A stretch of DNA of 62,080 nt from Spirochaetaceae bacterium (GCA_003552985.1 PUPD01000115.1:1-62080), one strand, 5' to 3'; positions 28,776-38,774 are shown, counted from the first letter of the stretch. Notes: a model not told the origin generated them from the letters alone. Numbers and translations are program-made.

Positions 28776-30218
28776 ATGCGCATACTCGAAGCTCTGCGGA
28801 CACGCGCATTGATTCGTACCGGCGTTCAAGCGAGCCCGGAGAACGATAAACCACGGCACTGTTCCGGCTTCGAGCCGCTGGCTTATTCGAAGCTTCTGAG
28901 CTTCTTTCTGCCGCTTGCCGCCACCCCTCTGATGGCGTATTCGACCCACAACATCATTCATGCTGCGCTTGCACGGCTGCCGGTGCCTCATCTGTCGTTG
29001 GCAGCATTTACGGTCGTCCGCGCCGCGAGCGACGCAATCAAAGCACCGGTGTTGGTTTCCGGCCAGATATCCGCTTCACTGGTCGACAGTCGGCGTAGTT
29101 ATGTGGTTAGCACCTCCTTCGTCTGGGCCTTGGCGGGTGGGTTCTTCGTCGTCTTGGCAGGCCTCGGCTATACGCATCTCGGAAGCCTCTTTCTGTACGA
29201 GGTGATCGGCCTGCGGGACCCGGCAGTCGTGGAGCTCGGACAGCGCGCGTTTCGGATTTTCGCCTTTCTGCCCTTGGTCGAAGTCCTCAGGCACAGCAAC
29301 CGTGGGTTACTAATCGCGCACCAACGCACCGGTATTGTCTCAACCGCAATGCTCATCCGCATGCTGATTCTCGCTGTTTTCGTGGTCTGGACGGTTTCCG
29401 GTCAGTTTATGGACGGTATCGACGTTGCCGCGTTCGCTTGGACAGGCGGGCTCGCGATCGAGGGCGTCATACTGCTCATCGCAGTTTGCGCAGCGTATAA
29501 GACGCCGATCCGGGCCGCGCAGACCATCCCTGCCCGCAACGACCGCGATCCCACGCTTCGGTATGTTATCGGCTTCTTTGTGCCGCTGGCGGTAATGATC
29601 ACAGTTCGGGAGGCAGTCCAGCCGCTTATTCAGGCCGGAATCGCACGAGGAGCGGGGGCGGCCGTACACCAGCTAGCTGTGTACGGTGTGGCGTGGAGTC
29701 TTGTGCTCAATATCGTCGCACCCCTTCGAATGCTGCACAACTGTGCGATTGTTTACGCCCCGAGTCGTGATCACTCCGCTTGGCCGCGAGTCTTGCGATT
29801 CTGCACCGCCACGGGGGCGGCGATGACGGCGACCCTTGTTCTCTTGGCAGTTACCCCAATCGGATATCAAGGCTTGCGATACGTCCTCGGTGTATCGCCG
29901 AGCATTGCGCGCGATGCGAATCTTGTGATTCTCGCGTTCGCACCGTTTCCGGTGTTCTGGGGGCGCCGGGAAGCATACTGGGGAGTTATGATGCGGCGCC
30001 ACCGCACCCGCGCGATCGCGGGCGGTAAGCTCATACATGTATTAGTTCTTCTGGTAACCATGGCACTCCTATTCGGAATCGACGATGTTCGGGTTGCAGT
30101 CCCACCGGCCGTGATCGGCGCAGCGGCATTCACCTTGGGGGAGGTCGCCGAAACGGTGTTCATCTGCCGGCTCACTGCGGCCCCGGACTCGATTCCCGGC
30201 CCGGTCCGGGCGCAATGA
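28776..30218 (+). CDS. Polytopic membrane protein, MOP/MATE-superfamily-like (about 12 predicted hydrophobic segments)
   Basis: Hydrophobicity pattern only; the start (28770 or 28776) was chosen by RBS spacing. The family assignment is tentative. Confidence 0.4.
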   Translation: MRILEALRTRALIRTGVQASPENDKPRHCSGFEPLAYSKLLSFFLPLAATPLMAYSTHNIIHAALARLPVPHLSLAAFTVVRAASDAIKAPVLVSGQISASLVDSRRSYVVSTSFVWALAGGFFVVLAGLGYTHLGSLFLYEVIGLRDPAVVELGQRAFRIFAFLPLVEVLRHSNRGLLIAHQRTGIVSTAMLIRMLILAVFVVWTVSGQFMDGIDVAAFAWTGGLAIEGVILLIAVCAAYKTPIRAAQTIPARNDRDPTLRYVIGFFVPLAVMITVREAVQPLIQAGIARGAGAAVHQLAVYGVAWSLVLNIVAPLRMLHNCAIVYAPSRDHSAWPRVLRFCTATGAAMTATLVLLAVTPIGYQGLRYVLGVSPSIARDANLVILAFAPFPVFWGRREAYWGVMMRRHRTRAIAGGKLIHVLVLLVTMALLFGIDDVRVAVPPAVIGAAAFTLGEVAETVFICRLTAAPDSIPGPVRAQ

Positions 30219-30265
30219 ATAGCCCCATGTGTGATTCAATGCCCTTTTGCCCCCGGAGCGAAGTA

Positions 30266-30279
30266 TTGACATGTGTCAC
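30266..30279 (+). promoter_or_regulatory. Motif copy 8 (palindromic variant): TTGACATGTGTCAC upstream of the GntR gene
   Basis: It contains the inverted repeat TGACA-TG-TGTCA, 46 nt upstream of the regulator's ATG. TTGACA can also serve as a -35. Confidence 0.5.
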
Positions 30280-30324
30280 GCATGTGTGGTTTAAGAAAGG
30301 AAAGCGGAGTAGAGGCAAAGCGAA

Positions 30325-31101
30325 ATGATTGAGTCGAGTGGGCGGACGAACAGTCAGCGAACGGTTCTCGGCCAAGTGCCGGTAAAGCGTGTGACCGAGA
30401 GCATTATCGAGCAGTTGGAAGACAGTATACTAAGCGGAGAGCTGAAAGTCGGCGAAAAGCTTCCGTCGGAACAGGAACTTGCCACGCAAGCCGGCGTCGG
30501 ACGACGGGCGATTCGAGAAGCCTTGAAGGCACTAGAGATGAAGGGGCTGATTTCGGTTCGCAAAGGCTCCGGAGCTTTCGTCATACGGAACGATTTTGAC
30601 AACTACATCGAAACATTGTCGCGCAATGTAAAAGCCTATCTCCATGTCAACCGAGCGAGTCTCGCTCATATTCTTCAATACCGCGAAATTCTCGGCGGAA
30701 GCGTTATCAGCATGCTGGCAGCACGTCCCGATGAGGGAACGATTGCGAGAATCGAGGCGACTTTGGACCAGCAGGAACGTGCTCTGGAGAAAAAGAGCCC
30801 TTCGCTGTACACAAAGGCTCACATAGACTACCACCTCGCCATTATAGACAGTCTAGAAAACCCCATTGTCTCGATGATGTACATCGAGATCATACGCCTA
30901 CTCGAGCCTTACATGAAACGTTCCGGCAGTGACCTGGGCATCATGCGGCAGTCAATCGCAGAGCATCGAGAGATCTTGGAAGCGATTAAGGCCAACGACA
31001 CACAGCGCGCGCATAAGGCGTTTCATGTCCACCTAGAGTCTAGTCTGGAGCACTTACGGGTTCTGGTCGACCAAGATAACGGATCCACCGCTCAGTCGTA
31101 A
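30325..31101 (+). CDS. GntR-family transcriptional regulator, FadR subfamily (FCD C-terminal domain)
   Basis: N-terminal winged HTH (KLPSEQELATQAGVGRRAIREALKALEMKGLI) and an all-helical C-terminal domain (AHIDYHLAI..., EHREILEAI). Confidence 0.85.
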   Translation: MIESSGRTNSQRTVLGQVPVKRVTESIIEQLEDSILSGELKVGEKLPSEQELATQAGVGRRAIREALKALEMKGLISVRKGSGAFVIRNDFDNYIETLSRNVKAYLHVNRASLAHILQYREILGGSVISMLAARPDEGTIARIEATLDQQERALEKKSPSLYTKAHIDYHLAIIDSLENPIVSMMYIEIIRLLEPYMKRSGSDLGIMRQSIAEHREILEAIKANDTQRAHKAFHVHLESSLEHLRVLVDQDNGSTAQS

Positions 31102-31217
31102 GACATCCCGAGCGGGCGGCCATCCCGAGCAAAACCTGACCGACAGGGCGCTTCGCGTGCTCCCGAACGATCCGCCGTCACGAATCAGGAACGTCGCTCT
31201 ATCAAGGTGAACTACGT

Positions 31218-33032
31218 TCACGGTGGTTGCTCGCCGAACTGTCGCCGAACCAAACTGGCGTACACTTTGTTTCGCCGGATGAGCTCTTCATGCGCTCCGG
31301 ACTCCACAATCCGTCCGTCTGAGACCACGAGAACTCGGTTGGCTTTACGCACGGTACTCAAGCGGTGGGCGATGATGACCGAGGTGCGATTGCGGAGCGC
31401 TTCTTCCATTGCGGACAGCACTAACCCCTCGGTCCGCGAGTCTATGTTCGAGGTGGCCTCATCCATGATCAATACACGCGGGTTGACCATGAGCGCTCGC
31501 GCAATGCATATCAACTGTCGCTGGCCATGCGAGAGGTTTACCGCTCCCTCTTGAACCGTCGTCCGGTAACCCTCCGGCAATGACGTTATGAACTCGTGCA
31601 GATGAACACGCTTAGCCATTGCTTCAACCGAGTCCAGTTCGGCACTGGGAACTCCGAATCGGATATTGTCCAGTATCGTTCCGGAGAAGAGAAAAGGCTC
31701 TTGCGGAACAACTGCCATATGCCGCCGCAGAGACGCTTGCGTAACGTGGCGAAGGTCGTGTCCGTCGAGCTTGACCGATCCGGCGGTGGGATCGTAGAAC
31801 CGCAGAATCAGGTTGGCGATTGAGGTCTTTCCAGCCCCGGTCGGTCCCACCAGAGCTACGGTGGTTTCAGGTTCGATTTCGAAAGTAAGGTCCTGCAGCA
31901 CCGGCTCGCCGGCACGGTACGACAACGAGACATTGAGGAACTCGATCCTTCCGTTCACGTCGGTCAAGACCCCCGCATCCACAGCATCGGGTATTCCCGG
32001 CTCAGTCTCGAGGAGATGAAATACCTGCTCACCCGCTGCCAGCGCCGACTGCATTGTCGAGTAGATTTGCGCCAGCTCGCGAATCGGTTGGAAGAACTGC
32101 GAAACATATGCAATAAACGCGACAAGAATGCCTATTGTTACCCCGCCGGCGATGACGTGCAATCCTCCGAACCATAGCACAATCGCAATTGCCGCAACAC
32201 CAAGGAACTCAACAGCCGGGAGAAAGAGAAACGAAACCGACATCGCCCGCACGTGCGAATCCAGGTTGGCGATGTTGGTTTGGTCGAACTCCTCGCGCTT
32301 GCGCTGTTCCTGAGTGAACGCCTGTATAGCCCGAATGCCGGAGATGTTTTCGGCGAGATCTCCCACCACCGAAGCTATGGTTTGACGCGTTCGGCGGTAG
32401 GCTATTCGGGCGTGACGCGAAAACACAAGCGTCACGACGACCATCACCGGGATAACCGCGAAGCTATAGAGTGCCAGTCGAACATCGAGGGACAGCATCA
32501 CGGCGATCGTTCCGGCGAGCAGCAATACATCGCCGAATACTGTCACCAAACCCTGCGTAAGCAACTCGTTGACTGCACCGACATCGTTGATTACTCGTGA
32601 CACGGTAATGCCAACCACAGTGGTGTCATGGTATCCGACGTGGAGTCGTTGCAAGTGACGAAACAGTCGGGACCGCATCTCGACCAGCACGCTCTGCGCT
32701 ACCCATCCGAGGACATAGCGTTGTCCGGCGGTTGCTGCGCATGCAAGACTGTAGACCACCGCAAGGAGTAGCGTGGTGTGGATAAGCCCCGAAATATCCC
32801 GCAGCATGATGTGCTCATCGATGGCAACTTTGATCAAGTACGGTGCGAGCAGATTCATGCCGGTCGCAACCACCATCAAAGCCATCGCGATGAACATCTT
32901 GGTACGGCTCGGTCTAAGAAGCCCCAGTAGGCGACGTGCTAACTGAAGACTGAAGACCCTGCCTTCTTCCGGACTTCCGAAGCTGCGTAGGGCACTTCTG
33001 GCGCCCAACTGCCCTGAGCTGGTACCTATCAT
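31218..33032 (-). CDS. ABC exporter, fused permease/ATPase (type I exporter half-transporter)
   Basis: Six-TM N-terminal domain, then GPTGAGKTS, LSHGQRQL and LIMDEATS. The start overlaps the preceding stop (ATGA). Confidence 0.85.
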   Translation of the reverse strand: MIGTSSGQLGARSALRSFGSPEEGRVFSLQLARRLLGLLRPSRTKMFIAMALMVVATGMNLLAPYLIKVAIDEHIMLRDISGLIHTTLLLAVVYSLACAATAGQRYVLGWVAQSVLVEMRSRLFRHLQRLHVGYHDTTVVGITVSRVINDVGAVNELLTQGLVTVFGDVLLLAGTIAVMLSLDVRLALYSFAVIPVMVVVTLVFSRHARIAYRRTRQTIASVVGDLAENISGIRAIQAFTQEQRKREEFDQTNIANLDSHVRAMSVSFLFLPAVEFLGVAAIAIVLWFGGLHVIAGGVTIGILVAFIAYVSQFFQPIRELAQIYSTMQSALAAGEQVFHLLETEPGIPDAVDAGVLTDVNGRIEFLNVSLSYRAGEPVLQDLTFEIEPETTVALVGPTGAGKTSIANLILRFYDPTAGSVKLDGHDLRHVTQASLRRHMAVVPQEPFLFSGTILDNIRFGVPSAELDSVEAMAKRVHLHEFITSLPEGYRTTVQEGAVNLSHGQRQLICIARALMVNPRVLIMDEATSNIDSRTEGLVLSAMEEALRNRTSVIIAHRLSTVRKANRVLVVSDGRIVESGAHEELIRRNKVYASLVRRQFGEQPP

Positions 33033-34840
33033 TGCAGCGCGTCCTTGGTCGTCACCGGCGATTGGCCGGACCCGAGCATCTGACGCTCATAGATCTCGCG
33101 GTAGAGGCTGCTGTCACGCAGTAGGTCATCATGCCGCCCATCGGCCGTGATGGAACCATTCTCCATAACGATAGCTCGTCCTGCCAACTCCAGCGTGCTC
33201 AACCGCTGGGCAATTATGAATGTCGTGCGCCCGGTCATCAAACGCCTGAGAGCCTGTTGAATTTGGTATTCGGTCTCGGCATCGACACTGGAAGTGGCGT
33301 CATCCAACAGTAGGATTGGCGGGTCTTTGAGCAATGCGCGCGCGATAACCACCCGCTGTCTCTGTCCCCCTGACAGTGTGCGCCCCATCTCCGCAACGCG
33401 TGTGTCGTATCCGTCCGGCATACTGACAATGAACTCGTGCGCTTGGGCGGCCTCGGCAGCTGCAGTTACTTCATCGTCGGTTGCCGACGGTTTCCCGAAA
33501 CTTATGTTCTCACGAATCGTGCCGGAGAATAAGGCGGTGTCCTGAAGTACGATTCCGATCTGATCACGCAGGGACTTCACGGTAACCTCCGTCGTGTCAA
33601 AGCCGTCGATCGTTATTCGCCCGGCGGCGGGATCGTAGAAACGGGGAATCAAGTTCAGAACGGTGGACTTACCCGAACCGGTACCCCCCAGCAACGCAAC
33701 TATCTCCCCGGCCCGCACCTTGAATGAAACATTGCGAACCGCCGGCCCCCGTCCTGCATACGCGAATGACACATTGTCGAAGACTACTTCCCCTGCAACC
33801 GCGGGGAGCTTCACTGCTCCGGGGCTGTCGGCCACCTCCGGCTTTGTGTCAAGAATTTCGAAGATTCGCTCTCCGGAGGAAATGGCCATACCGAGCTTTG
33901 GCGCCACCCGCCCCATCAACCGAACCGGTTGTATAAGCTGAGTAAGGTATACTGTAAATGCCACTAACTCACCGTAACTCAGCCGTTCGCCAATGATGAG
34001 CCAACCACCCACCCCGATTGTCGCCACGATTGCCATGTGAACGATATACAGCAAGAGCGGATCGTTCTTGGCTTGAAGCTTCACCATCTCGACCGACTGC
34101 TCGAACCACTTCGCGTTATCCCGTTCGAATCTCTCGGTCTCGTGGCTTTCCTGGACAAAGCCTTTTACGATACGAACGCCACGCAGATTCTGTTCCAACC
34201 GTGACGCCAAAACGGCGAGTTGGTTTTGAATGCGTAACGACATGGGGCGCACCGCATAACCATAGCGAAACGCGCGATACACCAAGCACGGCATCAGCAA
34301 AAACGCGCAAGCTGCGAGCAGCGGATTCATCGCTACCATAACTGCAAAGGTAGCTACAAGCAGAACAGCCCCGTCGATCAGGCGCATGCTTGCGCGTCCG
34401 GCGATGACCCGGATTCGTTCTACGTCCTGAATCGCCCTCCCCAACAGCTGTCCAGTTTCAGCCTTGTCATGAAACGAGAACGAGAGGTGCGTCAGGCGGT
34501 CGTGTATCTCTCGTCTCAACTCATACGCCACACCCTGCGCCGCTAACTCAGAGACTCGCCCTTGTATAAAGGTGAGTGCCCCCTTGAGAGCTGCCAGCCC
34601 GAGCAGCAACCCCACAAGCACCGCCAGCTGTCGCGCATCGTTGCGAGCAATACCACGATCTACGACGAGACGAATCACCTGGGGCATCCCGAGGGAGATT
34701 CCGTTAATGAGCGGAATCATGAGCGCCGCAATCGAGATAGACCAGATATACGGTTTCGCGTATGAGTAGCATCGTAAGAGCGTCAGCAATCCTGCAGGCA
34801 GCTGCACTCGTTTGATCCGGATCAATGCATTACCCTGCAC
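33029..34840 (-). CDS. ABC exporter, fused permease/ATPase (heterodimer partner)
   Basis: GGTGSGKST, LSGGQRQR and LLLDDATS. GTG start. Confidence 0.85.
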   Translation of the reverse strand: MQGNALIRIKRVQLPAGLLTLLRCYSYAKPYIWSISIAALMIPLINGISLGMPQVIRLVVDRGIARNDARQLAVLVGLLLGLAALKGALTFIQGRVSELAAQGVAYELRREIHDRLTHLSFSFHDKAETGQLLGRAIQDVERIRVIAGRASMRLIDGAVLLVATFAVMVAMNPLLAACAFLLMPCLVYRAFRYGYAVRPMSLRIQNQLAVLASRLEQNLRGVRIVKGFVQESHETERFERDNAKWFEQSVEMVKLQAKNDPLLLYIVHMAIVATIGVGGWLIIGERLSYGELVAFTVYLTQLIQPVRLMGRVAPKLGMAISSGERIFEILDTKPEVADSPGAVKLPAVAGEVVFDNVSFAYAGRGPAVRNVSFKVRAGEIVALLGGTGSGKSTVLNLIPRFYDPAAGRITIDGFDTTEVTVKSLRDQIGIVLQDTALFSGTIRENISFGKPSATDDEVTAAAEAAQAHEFIVSMPDGYDTRVAEMGRTLSGGQRQRVVIARALLKDPPILLLDDATSSVDAETEYQIQQALRRLMTGRTTFIIAQRLSTLELAGRAIVMENGSITADGRHDDLLRDSSLYREIYERQMLGSGQSPVTTKDALQ

Positions 34841-34901
34841 TTACCCATAGTGCGGGACGGAACTACGACGACTGGTGGTGATCCATCCGCTGCATATCCT
34901 G

Positions 34902-35702
34902 TCACACCGGCAGAGCATCTCGTAACGCTACCAGAAAGTCCCGCGACTCCATTGTCAGCTCGAGCGTCTTGTTCTCTATACAGAAGATTAGATCCCTTTT
35001 AGCCAGCCGATTGATAACCGGTCGCAGATCCAGCTCGCTCTGCGGAAGTGATACCGCACTATGCGACGTATTGGGCTTAAAACCGCTTACGTGGAGATGC
35101 CGAATGCGCGATTCGAATCGCTGAACAAAGCCTTCAACATCATGTCCGCCGATCGCACAATGCGCTAGATCGCATGTCAAACCCAGCTTTGGGTAGGCCT
35201 GCAACACACGTTCCACCTCTTCCTCGAAGCGGCAGAGCTTCGTTGTCGTGTCGTCCATATTCTCGACTGCCAGTTCTGTATTCATACCGTCGATCAGGGT
35301 GCTGTGGCGGCTGAATACGGTTCCCAGCGCTGTGATCATGTTGTCGTGCGCCTGCCGGCGGGAAATCTTCTTGCCTTCGTATCCCGGGTGAAACGTCAGC
35401 ATTCTAGCGCCCTTCTCGGCTGCGAGCGCAAGCTCGTCGGATAGCTGTTCCACCGCCGCGTGCCGTCGATAGCGATTGGCCGAACCGAGACTGAACTCGT
35501 GATGGTTCGAGTGCAATGAGACGCTGCGATAGTCAAGGCCCTCGAGAAGCTTCCGCCCTTCGGGATACTCCAGTATCCTCAGATGCAGCTCGATACCGTC
35601 GAATCCGGCTTCTCGAACACGTTGCTGCAACTGCTCGCCCGAACGGATCGACCCTGCCTCCAACTCCTTTCCAAAAGGACTAAGAGTTGTGAATATCTCC
35701 AT
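34902..35702 (-). CDS. Xylose-isomerase-like TIM-barrel protein, paralog A
   Basis: 266 aa and clearly homologous along its full length to 38901..39692 (for example FHPGYEGKKISRRQAH vs FHPGYQGKKVSRDQAH, and RHLHVSGFK vs RHVHVSGYK). Confidence 0.6.
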   Translation of the reverse strand: MEIFTTLSPFGKELEAGSIRSGEQLQQRVREAGFDGIELHLRILEYPEGRKLLEGLDYRSVSLHSNHHEFSLGSANRYRRHAAVEQLSDELALAAEKGARMLTFHPGYEGKKISRRQAHDNMITALGTVFSRHSTLIDGMNTELAVENMDDTTTKLCRFEEEVERVLQAYPKLGLTCDLAHCAIGGHDVEGFVQRFESRIRHLHVSGFKPNTSHSAVSLPQSELDLRPVINRLAKRDLIFCIENKTLELTMESRDFLVALRDALPV

Positions 35703-35714
35703 CCCAACCTCCCT

Positions 35715-37181
35715 TTACTCGAACGTTGCCGAATCTCCGGTTTCCAGTTGCCAGGATCGGATCTTCTCGCGCAGCTCGACGACCACACCTGCATGATTCG
35801 GATCCCAATAAAGGTTATTGTGCTCGAGAGGATCTTCATTCAGATTGTACAGCTCGTGCTCACCGGTCTGGGTCAACGATAGGCGCCAGCGGTCTTTCGT
35901 AATCACCGTACGCTCTTCGATTGGGTTGGGATAAAGACGCCGCAACGGTTCCTCCAACTCCGGAGTTAGGAGCCCGGAGTACTTCTTCTTACGGTACAGA
36001 TCCTGGGGATCTTCATGATACTCGATGAACACATCGGTGCCGTCGAAGCTCCGCTCGCCGCTGATCTCCGGATACCGTGTTTCGCCTTGGGTCTTACCCG
36101 CGAAGGGTAGCTGCAATGCCTCGAGGATCGTCGGGACCAGGTCCACGAGATTCACCGGACCGTCGAGTATGCGCTGATCCAACCCCAACCAGGGAACACG
36201 AAACATCAGCGGCACTCGAGCGCTCTGTTGAAACATCAAGCCCTTGCCTAGCAGCTTCTTATCGCCCATCATGTCGCCGTGGTCGCTGGTGAAGACAACC
36301 AGAGTATTCTGATCGAGGCCGTGACGAGCCAGCGAGCTTAAGATTTCGCCAACATATTTATCAATGAGAGTTACGCAACCGCGATACCGGGCAATCTGTT
36401 TGCGCCACGCCCATTCGTCTTCGAGCGGGAAGTGCCTGCCGCGCGTGCGAGCGTAATGCGCCTTAAAGCGATACTTGATCGGTGCGTTATCGTCGAACTC
36501 GAAATCAAAGTCCGATGGGAGCTCGATTTCCGCCGGGTCATAGAGGTCATCGTATACGCTCCTGTACGGCGGATGCGGCTCTAGGAAGTTGAGATACAAC
36601 GCAAAGGGACGGTCTCTGTTCTCGCGAAAGAAGCGATCGGTCTCTCCGGCAAGGAACGCGGGCTTGCTACAACGCTCCGGAACTCGGGTGGTGAAGTCGC
36701 GGGTAAAAAACCGAAACTCACCATCCTCGCCGTCAGGCATAAACCCTTGATCCATGAGGAAGTGGTGATACGAGCAGTTGACTTCGGGAATAGAGAGGTC
36801 GTCGCGGATACGACGATAGTAGTAGTCCTCGATACTCACCCATTCATCGAAACCGTGTTGCGCCTGTGTCTCATTGCCGAGATGCCATTTTCCCATATAT
36901 CCGCAGTGGAAACCCTCGAGGTATTCCGGGATACATCGGACCTGACGGTCGAGAATCTGATTGTTCTTGACCAACCCGTGCGTATGCGGATAGAGGCCGG
37001 TTAGAATTGTCGCTCGCGAAGGGGTACAGACCGGCTGTGCGGCATAGGCCTCTCGAAACACGACGCTTTCTTCTGCCAGGGCATCGAGATTGGGTGTGTG
37101 CACACTGCTATTTCCGTTGATCGACAGCGTGTCATAGCGTTGCTGGTCGGTGAAGATAAATACGACGTTGCGGTGCTCCAT
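35715..37181 (-). CDS. Sulfatase (Cys-type), no signal peptide
   Basis: The start at MEHRNVVFIFTDQQRYD has a GGGAGA RBS, and the upstream gene ends at 37214. The formylglycine motif is CTPSRATILTGL. Confidence 0.85.
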   Translation of the reverse strand: MEHRNVVFIFTDQQRYDTLSINGNSSVHTPNLDALAEESVVFREAYAAQPVCTPSRATILTGLYPHTHGLVKNNQILDRQVRCIPEYLEGFHCGYMGKWHLGNETQAQHGFDEWVSIEDYYYRRIRDDLSIPEVNCSYHHFLMDQGFMPDGEDGEFRFFTRDFTTRVPERCSKPAFLAGETDRFFRENRDRPFALYLNFLEPHPPYRSVYDDLYDPAEIELPSDFDFEFDDNAPIKYRFKAHYARTRGRHFPLEDEWAWRKQIARYRGCVTLIDKYVGEILSSLARHGLDQNTLVVFTSDHGDMMGDKKLLGKGLMFQQSARVPLMFRVPWLGLDQRILDGPVNLVDLVPTILEALQLPFAGKTQGETRYPEISGERSFDGTDVFIEYHEDPQDLYRKKKYSGLLTPELEEPLRRLYPNPIEERTVITKDRWRLSLTQTGEHELYNLNEDPLEHNNLYWDPNHAGVVVELREKIRSWQLETGDSATFE

Positions 37182-37213
37182 CACTTCTCCCTTCATTAGC
37201 CAAGCCGAAGCTC

Positions 37214-38644
37214 TTATTCTGCGGTAAGATGGTATGCAGTCGGGCCGTTGAGAACCGCCAGTTTCCCATCTCTCACAAAGCCTTCCGGACGTCCGTTTAG
37301 TACCGAAATGAGACGAGCACGCCACTCCGCCAGCTCGTCACGCGACGCAGTCAGCGCGAGATTGCACAGCTCTTCGGGATCCTGTTTCAAATCGAAGAAC
37401 TGCTCTTCATCCCGGCCGGGAAACCAAACGTATTTTCTGCGTCCGTCGGTTAGGTACTGCACTCCGCTGTTGAGCGTTCGCACATCGGCGCATTCACCAT
37501 GAACGAAATCGCGGCGCAACGGCTCTCCGTTCAACAACGGGACGAGATCTCGGCCGTCCAGGTGTTGCGGTATTGCGATACCCGCTGCCGCAAGGCAAGT
37601 CGGCATGACATCCGACAGCTGAACCGGTGCCTCACAAACCTCGCCTGTACGCCCCCCCCAACTATCCGGCGGCCGGATGATGAACGGTATGTTCACCGCT
37701 CCTTGCCAAGGGCAATGCTTGCGGAACCACTGGTGGTCGCCGAGCATCTCGCCATGGTCCGACACAAACACGATCAATGTCTCCTGCGGCCGGGGCAGAG
37801 CCATAAGTATGCGATTGATCTGGTCATCTATATGATTGATGCTGCCGTAGTAGGCTGCCTCCAGCTGGCGCTGCATCGGAGGTTCGAGGTAAATCCTCGT
37901 AGGATCTCGGTGGTTGCCTCGCGTCGGCTGCTCAAATACCCGCGCCCAGTCGCCCACGGGACGCGGCGGCAGAGGTACGTCTAGGTAGCGCTCGTAGTAG
38001 AGCGAGGGCGGAGTACATGGAGGGTGGGGATGCAGATAGCTGACCTTCAAGAAGAATGGAACTGTCGGATCTCGTCGATCAAGAAACTCGATCGCACGGT
38101 CGGTAACCCAGTTGCTGAAATGCAGCCGCTCGTCCGCATGCCATGGACGGGCGATCGGGGTATTCGAGCTGAGTCCGTGGGCCCCCGAGAAACCCGGAAG
38201 GTGCATGCCCTCGGAGACGAGAAACCGCTGATAGTCATTGACGATCGGCCGTCCGCGGCTCGTTTTGATTACCGGTTTGGCATCGTCGGCCCAGTCAGTG
38301 CTCATGAAACCGTGCAGTTTTCTGAGTGGAGTGAGATGCAGCTTACCGCAAAGATGGGTTTGATATCCGTTGTGGCTCAGCAACTCAGGCAATGTGGGCC
38401 CGGGCAATGGCACCTCAGGTATGTGGTTCATCACAACACCGTGATTCGCCGGAAATCGACCGGTCATGAGCGAGCGACGGGCGGGAACGCAGACCGGACA
38501 CTCGGAAAACGCATTCGAGAAGCGTACACCGGCGGCGGCCAACCAGTCGAGATGTGGAGTCTGTACGACAGGGTGACCGGCGCACGAGAGGCAATCCCCC
38601 CTGTGCTGGTCCGTCATCAGGAGCAATATGTCCGGACGCTTCAT
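37214..38644 (-). CDS. Sulfatase (Cys-type), no signal peptide
   Basis: It starts MKRPDILLLMTDQHRGD. The motif is CVPARRSLMTGR, which fits C-x-P-x-R. Confidence 0.85.
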   Translation of the reverse strand: MKRPDILLLMTDQHRGDCLSCAGHPVVQTPHLDWLAAAGVRFSNAFSECPVCVPARRSLMTGRFPANHGVVMNHIPEVPLPGPTLPELLSHNGYQTHLCGKLHLTPLRKLHGFMSTDWADDAKPVIKTSRGRPIVNDYQRFLVSEGMHLPGFSGAHGLSSNTPIARPWHADERLHFSNWVTDRAIEFLDRRDPTVPFFLKVSYLHPHPPCTPPSLYYERYLDVPLPPRPVGDWARVFEQPTRGNHRDPTRIYLEPPMQRQLEAAYYGSINHIDDQINRILMALPRPQETLIVFVSDHGEMLGDHQWFRKHCPWQGAVNIPFIIRPPDSWGGRTGEVCEAPVQLSDVMPTCLAAAGIAIPQHLDGRDLVPLLNGEPLRRDFVHGECADVRTLNSGVQYLTDGRRKYVWFPGRDEEQFFDLKQDPEELCNLALTASRDELAEWRARLISVLNGRPEGFVRDGKLAVLNGPTAYHLTAE

Positions 38645-38745
38645 CTTTACTCCTTATGGATCGACGCCTGCCAGATCGTACATCGCGAGCGGTGAATGAT
38701 CCGCGATACCAGCAGAAATGACGCCACCGCTGCCAGCGTCACCTC

Positions 38746-38774
38746 ATGCTATAGCATCATAAGTCATATGTCAA
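38746..38774 (-). promoter_or_regulatory. Putative promoter of the sulfatase-sulfatase-TIM-ABC exporter operon. The -35 TTGACA lies in motif copy 9; the -10 is TAGCAT after 17 nt.
   Basis: The minus strand reads TTGACA-tatgacttatgatgcta-TAGCAT, about 100 nt upstream of the start at 38644. Confidence 0.4.
38761..38774 (-). promoter_or_regulatory. Motif copy 9: TTGACATATGACTT
   Basis: The plus strand reads aagtcatatgtcaa, identical to copy 1. Confidence 0.55.
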
